In this document: positions 8,742 to 19,276 of the stretch, piece by piece
Layout: each line of letters opens with the position of its first letter
Position numbering within the stretch: the first letter of the stretch is position 1
Assembly: GCA_038250865.1 (NCBI GenBank)
Contig: JBBSBW010000031.1
Span: 8,260 to 72,259, forward strand
Origin: Thermoanaerobaculia bacterium
GTDB lineage: Bacteria; Acidobacteriota; Thermoanaerobaculia; Multivoradales; UBA5704
Reading direction: 5' to 3'
DNA: 64,000 nt
Made by a program: the position numbers and the translations under genes
Notes under the pieces: model-generated
Seen by the model: only the letters and a program-made list of their open reading frames with translations
Database searches by the model: none
Told to the model about the DNA's origin: nothing

Positions 8742-10057
8742 AGCCGCGCGCTCTGGCACTTATCGCGCTGCTCGCCGTCGCTCCCCTCGAAGCCGCCTCG
8801 CCGCCGATCACAGAGCTCGCCCTCGGCCGATTCGGCCGCGTGGTTCTCTATCGCCCGGCCGGGACGCCGAGCCAGGTGGTGCTGCTCGCTTCCGGAGATT
8901 CGCCCCAAGATCCGCGGCTCCCGATCCTCACGGGCGAGGCGACGGCGCGGGGTGCCCTGGTGGTCGAATTCGACACTCGAACCTACCTCGCCATGGCCGG
9001 AGCCACCAAGGGCCCCTGCATCTACGCCGCGGCGGATCTGGAGCGACTCTCCCAGGGGGTGCAAAAGCAGCTCGCCCTGCCGGCCTACCGGCCGCCGGTG
9101 CTGATCGGCTATTCCTCCGGGGCCACGCTGGTCCATACCGCGTTCGGGCAAGCCCCGCCGAACACGTTCCGCGGCGCGATCAGCTTGGGGTCCCGTCCAG
9201 AGCTTAAGACGCCCAAGCCCTTGTGTGCCGGCCACGACGTGCCGCGCGGATCGATCGAGATCCCGCCGGGGGCCGGCGGAGACCTTGCGGCGGAGGCAAG
9301 CTGGCTTCCCCGGTTCCGCAGCGCTTGGGCCGAGGTTTCCGCGCCGCTTCCCGGCACGACCCCGCCGGCCGCGGTCGCCGACCTGCCGCTGATCGAGGTC
9401 CCGGTCGCCGGCCGGGCCGACCCGGCCGCTCCGCTCGCGGTCATCTTGTCGGGCGACGGCGGCTGGGCCGGATTGGACAAGGAGCTGGCCGGCGCGCTCG
9501 CCGAGCGCGGCATCCCGACGGTCGGCTGGAACACGCTTTCCTATTTCTGGACCGCACGCACCCCGGAGGGGATGACCCGCGACCTTGCTCGGGTCATCCG
9601 CCACTACCAGGCCGCCTGGCGGCGCGACCGGGTGCTCCTGATCGGCTATTCGTTCGGCGCCGACGTGCTGCCATTCATGGCCAGTCGGCTGCCCGCCGAC
9701 CTTTCCGCCCGGGTGGCGGGGGTGGCACTACTGGGCCCAAGCCGGGAAACCGGCTTTGAATTCCACGTCAGCAACTGGCTCGGTGCGCTCGCCGGGGGAG
9801 GCGAGGATCAGCACGAGGTCCTTCTCGAGGTACGCACCCTGGCGGCGAAGCTGCCCGGCATTCCGCTCCTCTGCCTGTACGGCGAAAAGGAGACGGACAC
9901 GATCTGCCCGGAGATCCGGCCGCCCCTGGGCAAGACGATCGCGTTCTCCGGCGCGCACCATTTCGGCGGCAGCTACGGCGAGGTCGCGGATCGGCTGATC
10001 GTGGAATTCGCGCCCCGGCTCGAGTCCGCCGGCCCCGCCGTTGCGGCCCCGAAGTAA
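8738..10057 (+). CDS. acvB: AcvB/VirJ-family lysyl-PG hydrolase, two domains
   Basis: Start MKPRAL at 8738 (ATGA overlap). C-terminal VirJ domain has SGDGGWAGLD, GYSFGAD, CLYGEKE and GAHHFGG; directly upstream of mprF. Confidence 0.85.
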   Translation: MKPRALALIALLAVAPLEAASPPITELALGRFGRVVLYRPAGTPSQVVLLASGDSPQDPRLPILTGEATARGALVVEFDTRTYLAMAGATKGPCIYAAADLERLSQGVQKQLALPAYRPPVLIGYSSGATLVHTAFGQAPPNTFRGAISLGSRPELKTPKPLCAGHDVPRGSIEIPPGAGGDLAAEASWLPRFRSAWAEVSAPLPGTTPPAAVADLPLIEVPVAGRADPAAPLAVILSGDGGWAGLDKELAGALAERGIPTVGWNTLSYFWTARTPEGMTRDLARVIRHYQAAWRRDRVLLIGYSFGADVLPFMASRLPADLSARVAGVALLGPSRETGFEFHVSNWLGALAGGGEDQHEVLLEVRTLAAKLPGIPLLCLYGEKETDTICPEIRPPLGKTIAFSGAHHFGGSYGEVADRLIVEFAPRLESAGPAVAAPK

Positions 10058-10068
10058 GATCGAGATCC

Positions 10069-12636
10069 ATGCGCCGCCGGCTGATGCCCTTCGTTTCGGC
10101 CCTGCTGTTTTTGGCCGCGCTCTGGCTCCTGCATCGCGAGCTCCGGTCGTTTCATTACCACGAGGTCGCGGCGTTCCTCTCCGCCCTGCCGGCCGGCCGC
10201 CTGCTGCTCGCGCTTGCGCTCACCGCGGCGGGATACCTCTCGCTCACCGGCTACGACCTGCTGGCCGGCCGCTACACCGGGCGGGTTCTGCCGTACGGCA
10301 AGACGGCGCTCGCGTCGTTCGTCGGCTACGCCGTTTCGAACGCCCTCGGCCACCCGCTGCTCACCGGCACGCCGCTCAAGGCGCGGATGTACAACCATTG
10401 GGGGATCGCGGCGCTCGACGTCACGCGCCTGGTGCTGTTCAGCCTGGCGACCTTCTGGCTCGGCTTCGGCACCCTTGCCGGGCTGGCGTTCACGATCGAG
10501 CCGCTCGCCCTGCCCCCCTCTCTGCTGGCGTTCGGGCTCACCTCGGTGCGGCCGATCGGCATGCTGTTTCTGATCCTGGTCGCCGCCTACTTCACGGCCA
10601 GCGTCGTCGCCAAGGTGCGCCGGAGAGGCCCGATGGTGATCCGCGGCTTCGAGCTGGCGATCCCGCGCCCCAGCTTGGCGCTCGCCCAGGTCGCCATCTC
10701 GTCGCTCGATTGGGCGCTTGCCGGAGCGGTCCTCTACGCCCTGCTCCCCGACTCGTGGCGCCTGTCGTTCCCGGCGTTCCTCGGCATCTACCTGCTCGCC
10801 CAGATCGGCGGCCTCGCCTCGCAGGTGCCCGGCGGTCTCGGCGTCTTCGAGGGGATTCTGGTGGCGCTCCTGCCGACGGAGATTCCGCGCTCCGAGGCGC
10901 TCGGCGCGCTGGTCGCCTACCGCGGCATCTATTATTTTCTGCCCCTGCTGCTCGCGGCCCTGCTGCTCGCCGGCCATGAGCTGCGCGAGCGGAGCGAGCA
11001 GGTCGGGCGGATCGCCCGGCGGGTCCGCAGGATCGGCCGATTGGGGCCGGAGCTGGTCCCGCCGGTGCTCGCCATGCTCACCTTCGTCGGCGGCATCGTG
11101 CTGCTCGCGTCGGGGGCCACCCCCGCGGAGCCCGAGCGCCTGGCCTGGCTCGACAGCTTCCTGCCGCTGCCGCTGCTCGAAGTCTCGCACTTCGTGGGCA
11201 GCCTCGTCGGCGTGGCGCTGCTGTTCCTCGCCCAAGGCCTGCGCCGCCGGGTGGATATCGCCTATCCGCTGACCGTCGCGATGCTCGCCGCGGGCATCGT
11301 CGCCTCGCTGGCCAAAGGGCTCGATTGGGAAGAGGCGCTCGTGCTCGCCGCGATGCTCGCCGCTCTCCTCCCCTGCCGCAGGTTCTTTTCGCGCCGTGCG
11401 GCGCTGTTCGGCGCACCGTTCACCCCGGGCTGGATCGTAGCGATCGCCACGGTCCTCGCCGGTTCGATCTGGCTCGGGATGTTCGCCTACCAGCACGTCG
11501 ATTACTCGCACGAGCTCTGGTGGCGTTTCGCGCTCGACGCCAACGCGCCGCGATTCCTGCGCGCGTCGGTCGGCGGCCTGGCCCTGGTGGTCGCATTTTC
11601 GCTCGCCCGCCTGATGCGGCCGGCCGCTCCCCGCCCGACGCTTCCCACGCCGGAGGAGCTCGATCTCGCCGGCCGCATCGCCGCGGCCTCGCCCCGTTCG
11701 AGCGCCCACCTGGCTCTGCTCGGCGACAAGGAACTGCTCTGGAGCGAAGACCGCTCGGCGTTCCTGATGTACGCGGTCGAGCACCGTGCTTGGGTCGCAA
11801 TGGGCGATCCGGTCGGTCCGGAAGCCGCGCACGCGGAGGTCGCCTGGCGGTTCCGGGAGCTGTCGAGCCGCTTCGGCGGCTGGCCGGTTTTTTACCAGGT
11901 GAGCTCGGCGAGCCTGCCGCTCTGCGTCGATCTCGGACTCACCCTGCTCAAGCTCGGCGAAGAGGCCCGCGTGCCGCTCGCCACCTTCGACCTCGAAGGG
12001 CGGCCGAGGAAGAAGCTCCGCCATGCGCACAAGAAAGGGGTGGAAGCCGGTTGCAGCATCGAGATCCACCCGCCCGGCGCCGCCACGCGATCGATCGAGG
12101 AGCTGACCGCCATCTCGGACGACTGGCTGGAGCACAAAGGGGCGCGCGAGAAGGGCTTTTCTCTCGGCTATTTCGATCCTAAGTATCTCGCCCGAACGCC
12201 GGTCGCCACGGTTTCATGCGGGGGCCGGATCGTTGCCTTCGCGAATCTCTGGCCCGGCGCGCCGGGCACCGAGATGTCGCTCGACCTGATGCGCTATCAC
12301 CGCGACGCCCCGGCCGGCGTAATGGACTATCTGTTCCTAGAGCTACTGCTGTGGGCGCGGCAGGAAGGCTACGCCTGGTTCAACCTCGGCATGGCGCCGC
12401 TTTCCGGGCTCGCCGGTCGCGCGCTTGCGCCGTTTTGGACCCGCCTGGGCTCGACCCTCTATCGCCACGGCGAGGCGTTCTACAACTTCCAAGGGCTGCG
12501 GCAGTACAAAGAAAAATTCGACCCGGTCTGGGAGCCGCGCTACCTCGCCGCCCCCGGCGGGCTGGTGCTGCCGCGGGTCCTGGGAGATCTGGCGACGCTG
12601 ATCGGCGGGGGGTTACGGGGAGCGTTGGGGCGGTAG
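10069..12636 (+). CDS. mprF: Bifunctional lysylphosphatidylglycerol flippase/synthetase
   Basis: About 14 TM helices, VPGGLGVFE, and a C-terminal synthase domain (GDPVG, KLGEEA, DLMRY, FNLGMAPLSG, YNFQGLRQYKEKFDP). Confidence 0.95.
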   Translation: MRRRLMPFVSALLFLAALWLLHRELRSFHYHEVAAFLSALPAGRLLLALALTAAGYLSLTGYDLLAGRYTGRVLPYGKTALASFVGYAVSNALGHPLLTGTPLKARMYNHWGIAALDVTRLVLFSLATFWLGFGTLAGLAFTIEPLALPPSLLAFGLTSVRPIGMLFLILVAAYFTASVVAKVRRRGPMVIRGFELAIPRPSLALAQVAISSLDWALAGAVLYALLPDSWRLSFPAFLGIYLLAQIGGLASQVPGGLGVFEGILVALLPTEIPRSEALGALVAYRGIYYFLPLLLAALLLAGHELRERSEQVGRIARRVRRIGRLGPELVPPVLAMLTFVGGIVLLASGATPAEPERLAWLDSFLPLPLLEVSHFVGSLVGVALLFLAQGLRRRVDIAYPLTVAMLAAGIVASLAKGLDWEEALVLAAMLAALLPCRRFFSRRAALFGAPFTPGWIVAIATVLAGSIWLGMFAYQHVDYSHELWWRFALDANAPRFLRASVGGLALVVAFSLARLMRPAAPRPTLPTPEELDLAGRIAAASPRSSAHLALLGDKELLWSEDRSAFLMYAVEHRAWVAMGDPVGPEAAHAEVAWRFRELSSRFGGWPVFYQVSSASLPLCVDLGLTLLKLGEEARVPLATFDLEGRPRKKLRHAHKKGVEAGCSIEIHPPGAATRSIEELTAISDDWLEHKGAREKGFSLGYFDPKYLARTPVATVSCGGRIVAFANLWPGAPGTEMSLDLMRYHRDAPAGVMDYLFLELLLWARQEGYAWFNLGMAPLSGLAGRALAPFWTRLGSTLYRHGEAFYNFQGLRQYKEKFDPVWEPRYLAAPGGLVLPRVLGDLATLIGGGLRGALGR

Positions 12637-12658
12637 GTAACGTGCCTGACGGTCCGGC

Positions 12659-14746
12659 TCAACCGTGCCCGGCAATCCACCGCCGGGCCGCGGCGCTGGG
12701 GATCGCGGCCGAGGCGAGGTAGCCCTGGTAGAGATCGCAGCCGCGTTCGCGCAGGAAATCCAGCTGCGCCGGGGTTTCCACCCCTTCGGCGACGGTCTGC
12801 AACCCCAGCCCGCGAGCGAGTTCGATGATCGCGGTGACGATCGCCCGGCCCTGGCGCCCCTCGTCGATCGCCCGAACGAACTCGCGATCGATCTTGAGCA
12901 CGTCGAGCGGCAGGCGCTGGAGGTAGGAAAACGACGCGTGCCCGGCGCCGAAGTCGTCGAGCGCGATGCGTACACCGAGATCGCGGATCGCCGAGAGCAG
13001 GCGGGCCGTGCGCTCGATCTCGGCGACCGCCGCGTTCTCGGTGATCTCCAGATCGAGTCGGTGGGCCGGCAGGCCGGTCTCGGCGAGGATCGAGTGGATC
13101 GTCGCGAGCAGGTCGTCGCGCACCAGTTGATGAGGAGAGAGGTTGACCGCCAGGCGCGCCGAGGCGGGCCAGGCGCTCGCCTCGCGGCAGCCGGCGGCGA
13201 GCGCCCAGCGGCCGAGCGCGCCGATCAGAAACGAGCTTTCCGCCGCGGCGATGAACTCCGACGGCGGCACCAGCCCGCGGGTCGGGTGGCGCCAGCGCAT
13301 CAGCGCTTCGAAACCCACCGTGCGGCCGGTCGCGATCTCGATCTGCGGCTGGTAGAAGAGGTCGAACTCGCTCTGTTCGAGCCCCAGGCGCAGCTCGCTT
13401 TCGAGCGTCATCTGAGCGAACACCTGCGCCGAAAGATCGGGCGAGCAGAGCTGGTAGCCGTTCCTGCCCCGCTCTTTGGCCCGGTACATCGCGACGTCGG
13501 CTCCGGTGAGCAGCGCCTCGGCGTCCGCGCCGTCGGTCGGAAACAGGCTGATGCCGATGCTGGTGGTCACGAACAGGCGCCGGCCGTTAATCTCCATCGG
13601 CTCCTCGACCGCCCGCAGGATGCGCCGCGCGAGGTCCTCGGCGCGGCGCGCGTCTTCGAACCGCGGCACCAGGAGGATGAACTCGTCGCCGCCCACCCGG
13701 GCGACCGTCTCGTCGCGTCCGGCCACCCGCAGCAGGCGCGAAGCGACCTGCTGCAACATCCGGTCGCCCGCGCTGTGGCCGAGCGTGTCGTTGATCCGCT
13801 TGAACTGGTCGAGATCGAGGAACAGCACCGCGACATCGCCATCGGTCTCCGCCGCATCGCCGAGCGCCGCGTTCAACCGTTCGAGCAGCAGCGCGCGGTT
13901 CGGCAGGCCGGTGAGGCCATCGTGGTACGCGAGATGGTAGATCTGCCGCTCGGCCTCTTTGCGCGCGGTGATGTCGACGATCGTCCCTTCGAGGAACTCC
14001 GGCCCGCCGTCGATTCCCTCGTGCAAGCTGGTGGTCGCCGAGACCCAGACCGGGCTGCCGTCCTTCCGGCGCATGCAGAGCTCGTGGTCGGACAGGCTCG
14101 CCCGCTCGCGCAGCTCGGCGATCGTCCGCTCCCGCTCGCCGACATCTCGGTGCAGGTCGTTCACATCGCGCCCGATCAGGTCCCAGCGCGACCCGTAGCC
14201 CAAGATCCGCGCATAGGCGTCGTTGCAATCGAGGATCTTGCCCGCGACGCTGTTGCGGAACAGGCCCGCGACGTGGCGCTCGAACAGGCTGCGGTAGCGC
14301 TGTTCCGACGCCGCGAGCGCCGCCTGAGCCCGGACCCGCTCGGTCGCGTCACGGAAGCTCCAGACCCGGCCGATCGGCTCGCCGTCCTCCACCTGCGGCA
14401 TCGAGTAGCGCTCGAAGACCCGGCCGTCCTTGAACTGCAGGACGTCGAACGATTCGGAAAACGGCTCGCCGTACAGCTCGCGCACGCGCGACAGGAACGC
14501 CTGGGGATCGACCAGTTGGCCGAGCACCGCGGCGAGCGCCGTCTCGTCGTCGCGCGCGTCCAGGACCTCTTCGGCGATCCCCCACATCTGCCCGAAGCGC
14601 CGGTTGTGGGCGACGATCTGTCCTTCCCGATCGACCACCAACAGGCCGTCCGCCGTCGACTCCAGGGTCGATCGGAGCAGCGCCAACGAGCGCCGGGTCG
14701 CGTCTTCGGTCGACGCCGAGGGCCGGGGCGAGGCCAGGGTCACCAT
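12659..14746 (-). CDS. PAS-PAS-GGDEF-EAL diguanylate cyclase/phosphodiesterase
   Basis: [10 protein letters not shown], intact GGDEF, FEALMRW, DDFGAG and AEGVET motifs. Confidence 0.95.
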   Translation of the reverse strand: MVTLASPRPSASTEDATRRSLALLRSTLESTADGLLVVDREGQIVAHNRRFGQMWGIAEEVLDARDDETALAAVLGQLVDPQAFLSRVRELYGEPFSESFDVLQFKDGRVFERYSMPQVEDGEPIGRVWSFRDATERVRAQAALAASEQRYRSLFERHVAGLFRNSVAGKILDCNDAYARILGYGSRWDLIGRDVNDLHRDVGERERTIAELRERASLSDHELCMRRKDGSPVWVSATTSLHEGIDGGPEFLEGTIVDITARKEAERQIYHLAYHDGLTGLPNRALLLERLNAALGDAAETDGDVAVLFLDLDQFKRINDTLGHSAGDRMLQQVASRLLRVAGRDETVARVGGDEFILLVPRFEDARRAEDLARRILRAVEEPMEINGRRLFVTTSIGISLFPTDGADAEALLTGADVAMYRAKERGRNGYQLCSPDLSAQVFAQMTLESELRLGLEQSEFDLFYQPQIEIATGRTVGFEALMRWRHPTRGLVPPSEFIAAAESSFLIGALGRWALAAGCREASAWPASARLAVNLSPHQLVRDDLLATIHSILAETGLPAHRLDLEITENAAVAEIERTARLLSAIRDLGVRIALDDFGAGHASFSYLQRLPLDVLKIDREFVRAIDEGRQGRAIVTAIIELARGLGLQTVAEGVETPAQLDFLRERGCDLYQGYLASAAIPSAAARRWIAGHG

Positions 14747-14779
14747 GAGCGCAACGCGCCCTCCCCCCTCATCCGAGCC

Positions 14780-16063
14780 TCATCCCAGCTCCGCAAACGC
14801 CGCCGAGAGACGCGGCATCGCCTCTTCGATCGCGGTAACCGACACCGCGCCGATCGACAGCCGGAACCAGCCGGAATCGTGCGGATAGCCGAACGCCCGG
14901 AACGGCACGGCCGCGAGGCCCGCCTTCTCCAGCAGGAAGCGGCGAATCCCCGCGTCGTCACCGAAGCGATCGAGCAGGTCAAACTTCGCCGACAGATAGA
15001 TCGCACCGGCCGGCGGCAGCGCCGCGACCGGGTAACCTTCGCGTCCGAGCGCGGAAAGCCCGGCGTAAAGCGCCTCCAAACGGGCGAGCGCGCCCGACCG
15101 GATCGGCTCGACCAGCGGCTCGACCGCCGCCGGATCGGCAAAGATCTCGGCCGTCGCCACCTGCTCCGGCCGCGGTGCCCAGGCGCCGATGTGGCCGACC
15201 AGATCGCGCATGCGCGACATCAGGTAAGGCGGCCCGACCGCCCAGCCGACGCGCAGGCCGGTGGCGGCGAACGCCTTGCTGATGCCGTCGACGAAAATCG
15301 TGTAGCGAGCGACCTCCGGCACCAGGTCGACCGGCGTGAAATGCGGCGCCGAGGTCGCGGCGAGCAGCCAGTAGATCTGATCGAACAGCAGGAACAGCGG
15401 CCGCTCGGCGGCGCCGCGCCGCCGGTTCTCGGCGACCACCCGCTCGGCGATCTCGCCCAGCGCCTCGCGATGGAATCCGGTACCCGCGGGGTTCAACGGA
15501 CTGTTCAAAACCAGCAGGCGGGCGCCTTTAAGGTGCGGTTCGAGATCCGCCGCTGTGGGCAGGAATCCCGCCTCCGGCGTGGTCGGCACGGCGACGCCCT
15601 GGGCACCGGTCAGATGACAGTAGTGGTTGTTGTTCCACGACGGGATCGGATAGACCACCTTGTCGCCCGGCTCGACCACCGCCTGATAGCTCGACCAGAG
15701 GACCGGCCGCGCACCCGAAGCAATGCCGATCCCGTCGATCGGATAAGACAGCCCGAGCCGTTGGTCGTAAAACGCCGCCACCGCTTTGCGCAGAGCCGGA
15801 ATGCCGTCGGACGGCGGATAATTGGTCTCGCCCGCGGCGTAGGCCCGGCAGACCGCATCTTCGAGCGCCTGGGGGATGCGAAACTGCTGCGGCGAGAAAT
15901 CGCCGACCGTCAAGTCGCAGATCGGCGCGCCGCTCTCGCGCAGCGCCCGGACTTCCCCGGCGATGCGCAAAATCTCCGAGCCGACGAGATGAAACGCCAG
16001 GGACCCGACCCCTTCCTGGGCGACGTCCGGAGCGGAAAGGTCGAGCGCGAGGGTCACGGCCAT
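14780..16063 (-). CDS. PLP-dependent aminotransferase, class I/II
   Basis: NSPLNPAG, DQIY, GISKAFAATGLRVGW and FRLS motifs. Confidence 0.9.
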   Translation of the reverse strand: MAVTLALDLSAPDVAQEGVGSLAFHLVGSEILRIAGEVRALRESGAPICDLTVGDFSPQQFRIPQALEDAVCRAYAAGETNYPPSDGIPALRKAVAAFYDQRLGLSYPIDGIGIASGARPVLWSSYQAVVEPGDKVVYPIPSWNNNHYCHLTGAQGVAVPTTPEAGFLPTAADLEPHLKGARLLVLNSPLNPAGTGFHREALGEIAERVVAENRRRGAAERPLFLLFDQIYWLLAATSAPHFTPVDLVPEVARYTIFVDGISKAFAATGLRVGWAVGPPYLMSRMRDLVGHIGAWAPRPEQVATAEIFADPAAVEPLVEPIRSGALARLEALYAGLSALGREGYPVAALPPAGAIYLSAKFDLLDRFGDDAGIRRFLLEKAGLAAVPFRAFGYPHDSGWFRLSIGAVSVTAIEEAMPRLSAAFAELG

Positions 16064-16177
16064 ACGGACTCCTTCGATTCGGGCTTTAACGACGGCGAGG
16101 ACTTCGCCGGGCGTGTCGCGCCAAGGTTATCGGACCTGGGCGCCCACGCCAACCGGACGAACTGGAGGAGGGGGTTC

Positions 16178-16221
16178 AAAAAGGGAAAGGCGTGCCGGAG
16201 AACCAACCATCCGGCACGCCC
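16178..16221 (-). terminator. Intrinsic terminator after the beta-helix gene
   Basis: 11-bp stem GGCGTGCCGGA/TCCGGCACGCC followed on the minus strand by TTTCCCTTTT. Confidence 0.7.
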
Positions 16222-16251
16222 GAGGCAAATTGGGGCGGAGCACGTCTGAGA

Positions 16252-17169
16252 CTACTGCGGAGCGACCGTCGAGGTCGGCGAGCTGAGAGCGCCGTTGCCG
16301 ACGTTGCGGATGTCGCCCACCGAGATGACCTGGCCGCTGTTCGCGGTCACGATACCCGCGGTGCCGTTGGCAAAGAGCGTCGAGTCGGTGACCCGGACGA
16401 CCGTGTTGAGACCATCCGCCCGAACGCCACCCATGCCGTTGGAAACCGAGCTCGAACCCGAGACCATCAGGCCCGCGGAGCCGTTGGTGTTGAGCGCCTC
16501 GAAGCCCTGGGTGGTGTTGGCCGCCGCGTAGCTGTTGCTGATCGACATGTTGACCAGCCCCTCGACGTGCAGGCCGAACAGGTTGCGCTCCATCTGCACG
16601 TGATCGATCGTGCCGTTGGCCGAGCCGGTGCCGCTCGGCTTGATGAAGATGGCGCCGGCCGAGTTCTCGATGAACACGGAATCCAGGACGTACAGCTGGC
16701 CGGCGGTCGGGGGCTCGAAATCGATCGCGCGCTGGGTAAAGCCCTTGAACGAGCAGCGCTCGACGTGCAGCGCGCCGCCCGCGATGAAACGGACGCCGTT
16801 CAAGCCGGTGCCCAGCCCCTCGAAGTCGAGACCGCGTAGGACCACGGTGTCGGTGGCAGCTGCGTTGACGATGATGCCGTTCGTGCCGGAGACCAGCACG
16901 CCGGCCTCGATGTGATCGGAGACGATCGAGATCGCCTTGGTGATCGTCACGGCGCCAAAGCCACCCGGATCGAGGACGTTGATCTCGCCCTTGGCGGCGG
17001 TCTTCGAAATGGCGCCCGCGAAAGTCTTGCACGGCGCGGTGCGGCTACACGGATTGGCGTCATCTCCGACGCCGGAAACCCAGGTGCGGGTCGCCTGTCC
17101 GAAAGCCAACGAGGGGACGAGAAGGAAAGCAGCGAGCGCGAGGAGGGGACGGAAGGATCGAATAGTCAT
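16252..17169 (-). CDS. Secreted right-handed beta-helix (pectin-lyase-like) protein, paralog 2
   Basis: Start MTIRSF with AAGGAG RBS; signal peptide, QATRTWVSGVGDDANPCSRTAPCKTFAGAI motif, Asn/Gly-rich repeats. Confidence 0.85.
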   Translation of the reverse strand: MTIRSFRPLLALAAFLLVPSLAFGQATRTWVSGVGDDANPCSRTAPCKTFAGAISKTAAKGEINVLDPGGFGAVTITKAISIVSDHIEAGVLVSGTNGIIVNAAATDTVVLRGLDFEGLGTGLNGVRFIAGGALHVERCSFKGFTQRAIDFEPPTAGQLYVLDSVFIENSAGAIFIKPSGTGSANGTIDHVQMERNLFGLHVEGLVNMSISNSYAAANTTQGFEALNTNGSAGLMVSGSSSVSNGMGGVRADGLNTVVRVTDSTLFANGTAGIVTANSGQVISVGDIRNVGNGALSSPTSTVAPQ

Positions 17170-17307
17170 CACAATCTCCTTTTTCGAAAACGCGCGGGAA
17201 TACCCGCGCGCATACCGCATTGAAGAGTTCTGGATTCCAACCTACCAGAACTCTAGGCTCGGCGGACTTGAATTTCGTTTCATCCCGCCCCTCGCAAGGT
17301 CCGCCGC

Positions 17308-18231
17308 CTACTGCCGGGCCACCGTCATGGTCGGCGCGCCGGAACCATCGTTCTCGTTGGTACCGTAGGAGATCAGGGTCCCGCCGCTCGCCGTCACCAG
17401 TCCGTTGGTGTTGCCGGAGAAAGCCGAGTCGGTAATCTTCGCCGTGGCAAGCCCTTCCGACCGCAGACCCGTCGCGTTGAAGGAAGAAACGGCGCGGGTC
17501 AAAAAGAGAGTCGGAGCCGCTGCCGTGCCGATCGCGCCGAAGCCTTCTGCGAAACTGTTGACCGCGATGCTGTCGTTCACCACGGCCCGGGTGTTTTCCT
17601 CGACCCGCAGGCCGAATAGATTGCGATCCATCCGGACCCGTTCGAGCACCACGGAGGCCAGCCCGCCTGACGGATGGACCCAGATGGCCCCGCCGTTGGT
17701 CATGTTGTTCTGACCGCGGATCGTCGTATCCATTACGGTGAGCTTGGCTTTGGCCGACGGCGGAAAATCGATCCCCCTCTGGCTGAAGTTCTGGATCGTG
17801 CACTTGTCGACCGTCAGCGACCCTCCGGAAATGAAGAGGATGCCGTTCAGGCCGGTGCCGAGCCCTTCGAAATCGAGACCGCGCAGGTAGACGTCGCCGG
17901 CCCCCGCGTTGACGACGATTCCGTTGGTGCCGGAGACCAAGACACCCGCCTCGAACCCGTCGGAGATGATCGAGATCGACTTGGTGATCGTGACGCCGCC
18001 GAAGCCGCCCGGATCGAGGACGTTGATCTCGCCGCCCGCCGCCGTCTTGCTAATCGCTCCGGCAAACGTCTTACATGGAGCGGTTCGGCTGCACGGGTTC
18101 GCGTCGTCGCCGACCCCCGAAACCCAGGTACGGGTGGCTTGGGCGCCCGCGGGCAACGCGGCGCAGAGGGCGAGGGCAAGGGCAAGGGCAAGGGCGGGAA
18201 TCCACGAAGCGCGGGGAAGCAAGGCACGCAT
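17308..18231 (-). CDS. Secreted right-handed beta-helix protein, paralog 1
   Basis: Start MRALLP with AAGGAGG RBS; same QATRTWVSGVGDDANPCSRTAPCKT motif. Confidence 0.85.
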   Translation of the reverse strand: MRALLPRASWIPALALALALALCAALPAGAQATRTWVSGVGDDANPCSRTAPCKTFAGAISKTAAGGEINVLDPGGFGGVTITKSISIISDGFEAGVLVSGTNGIVVNAGAGDVYLRGLDFEGLGTGLNGILFISGGSLTVDKCTIQNFSQRGIDFPPSAKAKLTVMDTTIRGQNNMTNGGAIWVHPSGGLASVVLERVRMDRNLFGLRVEENTRAVVNDSIAVNSFAEGFGAIGTAAAPTLFLTRAVSSFNATGLRSEGLATAKITDSAFSGNTNGLVTASGGTLISYGTNENDGSGAPTMTVARQ

Positions 18232-18346
18232 GTCAACCTCCTTACGGAAGAGCAACGGACCTTAAGCCGCCGGGCCCGTCGGTACAGTCGGGAAAAGGTG
18301 AAGAAAGAAGCCTACACCCGTTCGCCAAGCACCGAAACCTCGGCGA

Positions 18347-19195
18347 TTAAAGAATCACAGTGAGCACCGAGGCAACGACCGCCGCGATGCTTGCGACCAG
18401 GCAGACGAGCGCGCCCAGCACGTGGTCGGGGCGCTCTTCGCGCAAGGGGTCCATCCAAACGCTAAGCAGCCAGCCGCCGGCAAACCCGCCGATGTGCGCC
18501 CAGTTGTCGATGATGCCCCGCATGAAGAAACCGAACGCCAGGAGGGGCAAAATCCAATTCCAGGTCTGGCTCTTGATGTAGCGGTTGCCCGTCCGTCGAC
18601 CGTAATAGATCAACGCACCGAGCAGGCCGCAGATCCCGGCCGAGGCGCCGAGGGTGAGCTGCCCCCCTTGGAGACCGGGAATCGGTATATGCAGGAGAGC
18701 GACCGAAGAGCTGACCAGGAAGCCGCACACCGACGAGCCGACAAAGACGATGACCATCCGCCCCGGCCCGTACAGGTGCGCGACACCGGGCGCGAGGTTT
18801 CGAAGCGACATCATGTTGAAGAACAGATGGAGCAGGCCCCCGTGAAGAAATCCCGCGGAGAGCGGAGTCCACCACCGCCCGGCCGCGAACATCGGCCAAG
18901 AGCCGCTCGCGCCGAACGTGATCATCGCCTCCTGGGTCGGAGAGAGAAATCCGAAGATCCCGCCGCTCATCAGCTGGCTCGGATCGAACCAGAGCGTCAG
19001 CCCATAGATGAGAACGCACGCCCCAACGACGATCGCCGAAAACCCCATGTCGTCGCCCAGACGCTGCAACACGCCGACGAAGCCGAACAACCCCGGCCGA
19101 GCCCGCCCGCAGTAGGGGCACTTGGGTTCGGCGACATCGACCAGCCGGCCGCAAGAAGGGCAGACGATCGCGCCGGAGGTTTGGCGGGGGCTCAT
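18347..19195 (-). CDS. Rhomboid-family intramembrane serine protease with N-terminal zinc ribbon
   Basis: CPSC...CPYC, HGGLLHLFFNM, GASAG (catalytic Ser) and AHIGG (His). Confidence 0.93.
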   Translation of the reverse strand: MSPRQTSGAIVCPSCGRLVDVAEPKCPYCGRARPGLFGFVGVLQRLGDDMGFSAIVVGACVLIYGLTLWFDPSQLMSGGIFGFLSPTQEAMITFGASGSWPMFAAGRWWTPLSAGFLHGGLLHLFFNMMSLRNLAPGVAHLYGPGRMVIVFVGSSVCGFLVSSSVALLHIPIPGLQGGQLTLGASAGICGLLGALIYYGRRTGNRYIKSQTWNWILPLLAFGFFMRGIIDNWAHIGGFAGGWLLSVWMDPLREERPDHVLGALVCLVASIAAVVASVLTVIL

Positions 19196-19276
19196 GACGA
19201 GGGGAAAGTTACCACGCGGCACTTCGCGCCACACGCACCGACCTCTGGGACCTGTTAGGCGAAAGAGCCCCTCGCC

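Noticed and set aside
12665-16249. 1194-aa plus-strand ORF
   Set aside because: Antisense shadow of the GGDEF-EAL and aminotransferase genes; no motifs, typical of high-GC DNA.
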